Source: Ginkgo biloba
Lineage: Eukaryota; Plantae; Ginkgophyta
NCBI GenBank assembly: GCA_024626585.2
Contig: JANKJI020000002.1
Location: forward strand, 73,618,607-73,637,788
DNA length: 19,182 nt
Direction: 5' to 3'
Shown: piece by piece, positions 10,858 through 19,182 of the stretch
Numbering within the stretch: position 1 is the first letter of the stretch
How the letters are laid out: every line of letters starts with the position of its first letter
Program-made: the position numbers and the translations under genes
The notes under the pieces: model-generated
What the model saw: the letters and a program-made list of their open reading frames with translations, nothing else
Told to the model about the DNA's origin: nothing
Databases searched by the model: none

Positions 10858-11480
10858 ATAAATGGTTTCCTTCATTGAGATGGCATAAGAAGAGTATCTA
10901 GAAGCTTGGGTATTTTTGGGATCCTATTTGCTATAATTGGATACCTTGGGAGATATTGAAACAAAAGTTTAATTTGAGACAAAATTGGAAAGTCATCCAT
11001 GGTAAACTTTTGGGTAAAATTCAACATCCTTGTCATCTAATCATCTTTGGTGTTGTTGATAAATGGTGGATGGATTGTGAATGGTAGGATGGCATGCCTT
11101 TACTTAAAGCTTTTGTTGCTAAGATATTTAACATGCAAAACTTTTTTTCTAAGATATATATAACATGCTTATGCTCAACGATAATGTCGTTAAGAATTAT
11201 GGAATTTTAAGTTGCTTGAAGACTATTGGAGCAATATTTGTTTTGATAGATGGGCCATTTAAATCAAGGCTAAAATAAGGCTTGACAAGTTGTGTCAAAA
11301 TTGGTTGAGGTTGGGATGATGAGTATGCAAATCCCCAAAGTAGATGTTAAGTGTGATTTTTGTGGTCTTGATGAGACTGTTATACATCTTGTGTGGACAA
11401 TATTAGAAACATATCTTTCTTTGTATTTTTTATTGTAAGAAAAATCTCTAGTTTTATAGGAAAAATTAATAGTGGTAGGT
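10858..11480 (+). pseudogene. LINE (L1-like) ORF2 C-terminal remnant (zf-RVT region)
   Basis: KCDFCGLDETVIHLVW at ~11349-11396 fits CxxC...ETxxHL of the non-LTR RT C-terminal zinc-binding motif. Upstream frames are Trp-rich and decayed. Boundaries approximate. Confidence 0.55.
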
Positions 11481-11539
11481 AGAAAAAGATACGACACACT
11501 ATGGGAAAGGTATGGTTCTCTAGGAAAAGGTGCAATGCA

Positions 11540-11732
11540 TGATATAGGAGGCCTAAAGTAAAATATTCTAAGAATCTAATTCTATATACAGTATAGTATG
11601 ATAGATAGTAGGCTCTTAAGCATTGTAAAAACCTCTTATATGGACAAAATTGATTATAGGTGACCCATATATCACTACTAGTACATGCTTATACTCAACA
11701 TATTTATCTAATATACATGTTGGGTTATATCA
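11540..11732 (+). mobile_element. Short (~193 bp) 5' LTR of a Ty3/gypsy-like element
   Basis: Terminal inverted TGATATA...TATATCA, TATA-like TCTATATA at 11581, followed 2 nt later by a PBS-like site and downstream gag. Confidence 0.6.
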
Positions 11733-11734
11733 TT

Positions 11735-11746
11735 TAGTATCAAAGT
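11735..11746 (+). promoter_or_regulatory. Primer-binding site (tRNA-iMet type), degenerate
   Basis: TAGTATCAAAGT is TGGTATCAGAGC with three transitions (two G>A, one C>T), in the expected position after the terminal CA. Confidence 0.6.
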
Positions 11747-12227
11747 CATTTTTATACCTAGATTTATTTTTCTTTGCAATAATGGTTTTTTTTATTTTAC
11801 ACGTGTTTAGTTGATGATGTAGAATAATAATTACTACATAGGAGTAGGCTTATAACCATAATAGATAGAATTAACCATAGATAGAAACAACACTTTTATG
11901 ACCATGGAGTAAGAGGAGACTACTAGGGAGGAGGATTATATAAATCCTTTTCCTACAGATAGATTGGATGAAAAATCAAATAGAATTGAGTCTATTCTCA
12001 TCACACTTATAGGGGATTCAAATTTATTATAGAGGATACAATTATATACACCATATAATTCCACTACATATAGGGAACATATGATGAAGTAACAGATTGA
12101 TGCATTGACCAAATATAATCAATTACTTCTTCAATAAATACAACAAAAATAAGTCATGATAAAAATATTATAATTACCACCTATAACTACACCTATCTAT
12201 TGTAGTTTATTATATGGATTAGGAGTG

Positions 12228-12357
12228 ATTAAGGTGGATATAATTTTTTTCAATGATAATATAGAGAAAAATAATTTGGATGATTGGCTCTAAGATTTAA
12301 AGGCTTATTTTAGTACCTAAGAGTTTAGGGATCTATAGAAAATAAACCTTTCTAAAC
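12228..12357 (+). pseudogene. gag: Ty3/gypsy gag N-terminal capsid remnant (different family from the other two gags)
   Basis: IKVDIIFFNDNIEKNNLDDWL*DLKAYFST*EFRDL*KINLS fits KVDIPxFxG...LDDWLxxLExYF...KI. Confidence 0.7.
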
Positions 12358-12617
12358 NNNNNNNNNNNNNNNNNNNNNNNNNNNNNNNNNNNNNNNNNNN
12401 NNNNNNNNNNNNNNNNNNNNNNNNNNNNNNNNNNNNNNNNNNNNNNNNNNNNNNNNNTTTGGTTTGATGGTGGGATGTTATTAGAGTTGAAATGAATTAG
12501 CTAATTTGCAAGGAAAGATGTCAACATGTTTATAATGGTAAACAAAAGCCCTTTGCTAGTATCACTCTTGGTACTATGAATAGAGTGTTTGTTTTATAGG
12601 TTTCATTAATTTTAGAG

Positions 12618-12812
12618 GTGTCAATTGAGGAAGTTATGTCTTGGCCAAAGTATGGCTCTTCATTTGTAGGGATATTTCAAGGTGGTAGAGCTTTTGTGGG
12701 CTTGATTGATAGGCTATTCAGAGGAATGGAAGAGGCAATGGATGGGGATAGAGGAAGAGGTTATAACAATTTGCTACTCTTGGACCTACATAAAGCTCAT
12801 TAGATTTGTAGT
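12618..12812 (+). pseudogene. LINE reverse transcriptase remnant
   Basis: GRAFVGLIDRLFRGMEEAMDG...LLLLDLHKAH resembles the LINE RT stretch GRxIxDN...EAMxW...LLLDFEKAYD. Highly decayed. Confidence 0.45.
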
Positions 12813-12854
12813 TGAGTTAAAAGATGCATACAATAGTAAGGCAACTCTGGTCAT

Positions 12855-14260
12855 GCATTAAAAAATGTAAAATAACCATAAATTAGGTACATAGCAAAGG
12901 CCCATGCACAACAATTATTTACTCTTATGAATTTATGGTAGTTAACATTTAATTATGTTATTTCTTAGGTTAGTAGGGTAAAAGACCGTTAGACCAAGGT
13001 CGAGTAGCAGGTAGGATTCCAATCACCTTTTGTTGGTCATGGGGATTATTAAGGGATTGAGCAAAGAAGGCAACCGATCTTCTAGTGCATAAGTGCAACC
13101 ATCTGTGTCTAGTTGTTATTAGAGATCTACTACACTCCACACTATCAAAGATGTTAGGAGGAGGCCTTTATGGCACCAAGATAACACTGTGTTAGGGTAT
13201 CTGCCCTCTACTAATAGTTTTGTGGTTTATCAGTTAAGCCACAGTGCTACACTAATAGCCTTAAGTCAAAAACCTACACTAAAATATTGACCATGGCTAC
13301 ATTAATAGACCATGGGACATGGTTACGCCAATAACCATTCGACCCAAGACTACACCAGTGGTTAAGAACCTTGCAACTACACCTATAACTGCAATTGGTA
13401 GNNNNNNNNNNNNNNNNNNNNNAACATGGATATCCATCTTGGCTAAGAGGCAAGAAGCCAACTATTAATAGTCGAAAACAATGCATGCAAGTGCTAAAAG
13501 CTTCCTCATATAGATGCTCTTTTTTGTCATGGCATTACCATCCCCCAGAGGTCTTTGGTTGTAGCCCTAATTACTCTTAAGCTAAGTCACTAGGCTTTAT
13601 GTGGTAGAAAGGTAGGAAAATTTTAGCGTTTACTTTTTATCTTATATGCATAAAATAAATTCATTACAATACGACTATTGCCTCTAAATGCAATAAATTA
13701 GACCTATTACTAAGGGCACCCTACCTCAAGGATTCTAATCCACCCATTAATGAGGCTAAGGTTGTTTCTAAACACGTGTAGAACACAAATACTATTTTGC
13801 ATAGAAACTATAAAAATATTGTTAATTTATGTATTATGAAATTAGACAACAATGTCATAGTTCAACAAATACTTACAATAATGATAACTTACTTGGAGGA
13901 TATGTTAAGGTTTGTAGTCCAAAATACTTATATGTTATAAAACACCCTAAACCATCCCAAAAGAATGTTGCAAGTTGGTTTGGGAGTAAATCTAGGTTCT
14001 ATTCTTCTAGAGTAGTCAGTCACTATGCCCCTTAGAAGATCTATGACTTCTTTATGGGGTTGAATGGGCTCTAGAATGCTGTAAAACATTAGATTTAGTA
14101 CACCCATTGAGGTTGCCTTCATCTACAGAAGAGATTTGAATAGTTACTCTAAAAAAATATACATTGGAAGTTGCTTTACAATAAAAGGTCCAAATCCAGA
14201 TATGAAAGAAATTGCAGCATGCCCAAAAATGATGAATTTTGTGGTTAAGTGTCTTTAGCT
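12855..14260 (+). pseudogene. Repeat family A copy 2: degenerate long ORF of unknown function
   Basis: Homolog of 2105-3437 in opposite orientation. ORF fragments 13395-13580 and 13829-14035 match copy-1 translations (YYEIRQQC vs YFEIRQQC; GKKPTINS vs GKKPTIHS; VAFIYRRDLNSYS vs VAFIYKRDLTSYS). Both boundaries approximate. Confidence 0.75.
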
Positions 14261-16076
14261 TACATGTAGAGAATAAGCCAAGGAGGGAGAATGCTTTCGA
14301 GGTAGGAGTAGTAATGATGTCGTAGGGGTTGCTTAAGCCCAAACAAGCCCTTGTATATATGCCAAAAGCTGGGTGCAATCTACCACATAAGGGTTGAGCT
14401 TAACCTTGGGGTTGCCCCATGCCCCAAGAAGCCCTCTGTGGCCTTGTGCTAACTGAAATTACCTTATGAAGAGAGGTGTCTTTTATTAGAGCACCGTTGT
14501 GGCCTATCTCTTCATGATTTTCTCTCTCATGAACACTTATTTGGGGTACTACCTAATAATTGTAAAATGCATGCATTNNNNNNNNNNNNNNNNNNNNNNN
14601 NNNNNNNNNNNNNNNNNNNNNNNNNNNNNNNNNNNNNNNNNNNNNNNNNNNNNNNNNNNNNNNNNNNNNNNNNNNNNNNNNNNNNNNNNNNNNNNNNNNN
14701 NNNNNNNNNNNNNNNNNNNNNNNNNNNNNNNNNNNNNNNNNNNNNNNNNNNNNNNNNNNNNNNNNNNNNNNNNNNNNNNNNNNNNNNNNNNNNNNNNNNN
14801 NNNNNNNNNNNNNNNNNNNNNNNNNNNNNNNGACCTCAAGTTCCTAAGCAAGATCTTGATATAGATGTCGTGGAATGAAATGAGTTGCCTCCACTTATTT
14901 TTGAGGAATGATTTTCTAATCTTCAATTTGTATAGCTGCAAAATCAATAGAGTTCTTCTTTCAAGATTATTAAGATTAATCCTCCTCCTAAGGTAATTAT
15001 TGTTCATGATTAGGAGTTAGATGTTGCTATTCAAGCTCCTAATTCTTTTGAGACTTAAGAGTGGCACTCTTCTGAAGCTCCTTTGTCTTTTGAGATACCT
15101 TTCGAGGGCTCTCATCTTAAGACTGAAAGTGGACAGAGTGTCAATCACCCCATAGAGCTTGGTCCTCTTGAAGCACTGCATGTTTATGATGCTTATAGTA
15201 CCAATTGATAAGTCTGAATGGCTGGATTGGATGGCCTATGTGTGGAATGGATTCTTTTAACTACAAGTAGCATGAGTCGATCCCATATAATCCTACAAAA
15301 GGAGGACACCTTTATGTAGAGGGTGAGATCCCACGCAAATCAGATGAGGGTGGCATAATCTGTTCTTGGATGGCTTATCATTGTATCATCTAGCATACGA
15401 GCTCCTTTTGATCCCCTTCAGGCATTAATTTCTTGAGTTGTAGGTGGATCCTATCTAAGATTAGGCTTACTATTGTCTTACTAATCATAGATTTATGGAG
15501 CATAACACAAGTTCTATAAATGAGCTTAGGGTCCCTATACTATTGTGGTAAGGGAATAATAAAGAGAGAGAGTGGTGAGGCAATACAAGGAAGGGGGAAA
15601 GAATAGAGAAAGGTGAGGAGAAGATCACTCAGTCCAATAACATTATGACCTCATTTTCTATAATAGCATATTGCAAGCAATTATGCTATAATAGCAAGAA
15701 CTATTTTCAAAGGGTAGATGCAGGAAGGATGTTTTGGATTTAGCACTCAAGCCTACATTAAGGTTTGCTTTAATGACATCACATTACACATTTTTAAACA
15801 AATCAAACTTGCCTCTTATTTCTACAAAAGCCTCTTGAAGCTTGAAGACAAAAAGAACCAAAAAGCTCTGCTGCTATTAAAATCGTCATTGCTAAAACGC
15901 TGAAGAGGACCTCTGTTGTACTGCAGGCATAATATTTACCAAGTTGAAAAAAAAATCATTGACTTTAANNNNNNNNNNNNNNNNNNNNNNNNNNNNNNNN
16001 NNNNNNNNNNNNNNNNNNNNNNNNNNNNNNNNNNNNNNNNNNNNNNNNNNNNNNNNNNNNNNNNNNNNGTATAGCT

Positions 16077-16100
16077 GAGGGGGGGGAGTGATGGGGTGCA
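16077..16100 (+). other. Possible polypurine tract followed by an LTR start
   Basis: GAGGGGGGGGAG then TGATGG at 16089, the same layout as 9038-9051, but there is no upstream pol (gap) and no LTR end was identified. Confidence 0.35.
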
Positions 16101-17762
16101 TCATGTTCTGAAGCATAAGTCCAATTGTCCCCTCATAAGTGAAGTTGCGTGGGGTGATACTTGGATGTATAATGATACATAGGAGGAATTATTCGAAATG
16201 AGGATCCTTGCAATATGTTGGGGGCCATCTAGCATATAAGCCTGTCGGTTGTAATACCCTGCAAAATTCCTATTGATTTTAAATAATCCTACCATCATCC
16301 CTCATTTTCCTTATAGAGAGTAGATGCTTTGTTGCACTAATTCTTGTATAGTTGAGTATGATCCAAGTTCCACAAGTATCAAGAAGGAGATCCTATAACA
16401 TGAATGCTCATTTCAATGGCCTAGTCTTACAACTTTTCATCATTGTGCATTTATTAATTGCATTGAAGGACTCAACTGCGCCATTCCCATGATAACTTAG
16501 CACCCCACTTTATGCCATGTTCTCCCTACGAATTTAGGTATTAGTTTAGAGTTTCTAATGGCATGTTTGAAAGGTTTTAAGGCCAAGAAACATCATGAGA
16601 ACAATCAACATACATATTGTAGTGACTTGCTCCCAATCATGCTCCGAAAATAGAAAATCCTATGGCAAACGATCAAAGTAACAACCGTAACACATGAGCA
16701 ATCTAGGAAACAATTTATTACAACCTCAATCAATAAACAACATTTCTCAAGATCAATAATGAACAATTACAAAGCAATCTAGAAGACAACGAAGCTTGCA
16801 TAAGGCATTAAACCAATAAACAATGCAATGTGATGGATAAATGTAAGCAAAAACATAGCCCTAATCAAGACCCTTCAAAACAAGTGGTCACACTCATATG
16901 CCGAATCAGAAAAACAAACTAACAATACAGCTAAGGAAGCAAAGAAAGTTCCAAAACAATCTAAGAAGCTAATAGGACCATTGCAAGACCCTCAAGTAGG
17001 CTAAAGAGGCAATTGCTAACCTTATGGGATACGTTCTACAATGTTGGCATAGTAACAACTAACTATTAGAAATTAAGGTTGACTAGAGAAGATGGCCAAG
17101 GGACCTACCAAAGCAATCAAAGATATATAAATAGGCTAGAGAGACCTCATTTAATCATCTTCTTCTACTACACCTTGTAAGTATCATCCTTACGAGCATG
17201 CCACTTGGAGTCCATATCTTCCTCCCTGGTTACCAAGTAGTATGTCGATAACAACAGTGGTCATCATACACTAGGGTTTTCTTCCTTGATCTTAGTTTGG
17301 TATGCCATTTATTTCTATTAAAATATTTCATTGCCTCATGGATTTCCAACTTCTTATAATTCATTTAGTGATTCATCTAGGATGGGGCTTTTTCTCTAGA
17401 GCCATCTTTGCCTCTTTTTGCTTCCATTTTGTGTGGGTTATTTTGGGGGACAACTACAAAACTCAAAGTGGTTACTAAGCAGTATGGCGATAATAGTGGG
17501 GCCTCCTCTATACTTGGCTCATACCTAATCTCTAAGAAACTTCTTCTTATGATTTGATGAGTCCTTTAGCGCCTAGGTGCCTACGTGAACTTAGTTTTAA
17601 AATTGATGNNNNNNNNNNNNNNNNNNNNNNNNNNNNNNNNNNNNNNNNNNNNNNNNNNNNNNNNNNNNNNNNNNNNNNNNNNNNNNNNNNNNNNNNNNNN
17701 NNNNNNNNGAAATTGATTCTATTAATTCCATAAAAAATGATACATTCTTTACAACCCTTACG

Positions 17763-17783
17763 GAGATAGAGATAGAGATAGAG
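17763..17783. repeat. (GAGATA)3.5 microsatellite
   Basis: GAGATAGAGATAGAGATAGAG read directly. Confidence 0.9.
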
Positions 17784-17894
17784 TCAATGGAGGTACTAAA
17801 AGATGCAACTTCATAAGATATGGTATTCAGTAAATGAAGTTGAAACTAGTTTTGCTTGACAGTGAGAGAACTATTATCGTGACTTAAATATGTT

Positions 17895-18125
17895 ACAACC
17901 AAAGAACAAGGAGTGAGGACTAGAGTTGTTGCTACTNNNNNNNNNNGACAACAAGAATGTGACGACCAAAGTTGTTGCGATTGGAGAGCAAGAATGTAAA
18001 GACCAACATAGTCGCAACTAGAGAGCAAGAGCATAACAACTATGACCAGAGAGCAAGAATGTGATGACAAGTACAACTTCGACCGAATAATAATGATTTT
18101 GACCAACAAAGCTACGACCAAGGAT
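17895..18125. repeat. Degenerate ~37-bp minisatellite
   Basis: Core CAAGAATGT/CAAGAG recurs at 17952, 17989, 18026 and 18054 (spacings 37, 37, 28), with a related unit at 17907 and a 10-N gap inside the array. Confidence 0.75.
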
Positions 18126-18149
18126 CAAATTGCAATCATAGTACAGTGA

Positions 18150-18460
18150 TATGTGCCAAACTTCTAGCATACATCTTACCGGACACAACTTTGAGTGTCC
18201 TCGGTCAAACTTGGGATCAAAAGTTGTATACCAAGAAGCATAATTTTTAACAATACTTTGTTGTATTACTGCCCCCTTCAAAATTTTGAATTTAGAAGCT
18301 ATGAAAGGGAGGGGTTGGGCGCCAATGTTTATTCTAGATAAAAAGGGTACTGCTTCCTGTTGCAAAAGTTGAATAAGCATTTAGTTGGAAGTTTCCAACT
18401 GTTGTGATGTCCTATGACAACTTTGTAGCCCGACCATGTATCCCTTAATGGTTTTCAATT
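18150..18460 (-). pseudogene. Possible LINE ORF1 (DUF4283-like) remnant
   Basis: SWYTTFDPKFDRGHSKLCPVRCML resembles WxPxFxP...PVWVxL of plant L1 ORF1. Weak. Confidence 0.35.
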
Positions 18461-19182
18461 CCTCCTAAACCTGGTCAAGAACCTCTATTAATTCTTTCAC
18501 CCTTTCCTCTACCTCTTCTCAAGCTTTTCTACATGCCATCATTCCCTAAATATAATCAGATTTCATATCGAAAATTTCCTACTGATCCTAGTCCACTTGT
18601 AAAATATAGGCTTTTGATTTGGGAATAATATTTTCCAACCCTTTTGGAATGCATTTTTCAAAATGCGATACAAATGGTTGGTACATGTTGATAGAGGGGT
18701 TGACATCCTCTACCCATACATCTAGAAATCTAGAATTAAACTAATTTTTTTTTTTTTTTCTTCTGATTGTGGTTGTTGTAGCCTGAGCCCGTTGTGTCTC
18801 AATGCTAACCCCGCTTTCAGGATTCTTAATTTTGATACTAAATCATGAACCAATACTTGGATGACATTTACCATGCATGTTGGTTTTCATTCATCATGGT
18901 CGAACAACTTGCACTTGATTTCTGGAGGCCATCTTCAAACATCTAGATTCTTTCTTCTCATTGAGTGGAATAATTTGTTAGGTATAGATTTAGCTTGCCT
19001 AAGCTTAGAAGGCTATGTAATGGAAGAGCTTGGGCCAAAATCTAGTGAAGCTAGTAAAGAAGTTTAGACCCCTTCCTCCTTGATGTTCAACTAGCATTGA
19101 GAATCGAATTTAATGATTGTTTGTGAAATTGCTTGTTGTGCCTCTTGGGGACTATGTTGCTTAGGCATATCCATTTTGACTA

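Larger units (their letters stand above)
1335..17708. other. Nine 100-N assembly spacers
   Basis: Exactly 100 N at 1335, 3438, 4239, 6094, 9403, 10758, 12358, 15969 and 17609. Other gaps at 1671 (31 N), 13402 (21 N), 14578 (254 N) and 17937 (10 N). Confidence 0.95.

Noticed and set aside
2105-14172. Giant terminal inverted repeat or foldback element formed by the repeat-A copies
   Set aside because: The copies are substantially diverged, lie on different contigs, and a third copy exists; dispersed repeats explain it better.
14052-14378. 108-aa minus-strand ORF as a real gene
   Set aside because: It is antisense to the slightly better conserved repeat-A frame, and the equivalent frame in copy 1 contains a stop.
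14499-15007. Long ORFs spanning N runs (also 3350-3656, 6020-6364, 9397-9594)
   Set aside because: Their length is an artefact of translating through gaps.
14832-15968. Coding potential in this interval, including the 61-aa ORF at 15718
   Set aside because: No recognisable motif or consistent splice signals; left unassigned.
17895-18125. CRISPR-like repeat/spacer array or repetitive peptide (EQECDDQ)
   Set aside because: Units are degenerate along their whole length with no unique spacers, there are no cas genes, the context is eukaryotic, and the 37-bp period does not preserve frame.
19152-19160. CTATGTTGC as a second hAT terminus
   Set aside because: Only a 9-bp resemblance at the window edge, with no subterminal motifs or TSD visible.

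Overview
AT-rich eukaryotic (land-plant-like) DNA from a highly fragmented assembly: nine exactly-100-N gaps plus four sized gaps (31, 21, 254, 10 N), with content changing at most 100-N gaps, so adjacency across gaps is unreliable. Most interpretable sequence is decayed transposable elements: Ty3/gypsy gag, protease and RT remnants, Ty1/copia RNase H-PPT-LTR, two LTR+tRNA-iMet PBS junctions, LINE ORF1/ORF2 remnants and the 5' end of a hAT DNA transposon. There is also one clean candidate host-gene exon (5880-5989). No intact full-length gene, RNA gene or CRISPR array is supportable. The most interesting signal is an unclassified repeat present three times (1-287, 2105-3437, ~12855-14260). Its two long copies share a degenerate ~400-codon reading frame with synonymous-type divergence that matches no TE protein I recognise. 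All calls rest on manual translation and by-eye alignment; no database searches were run.
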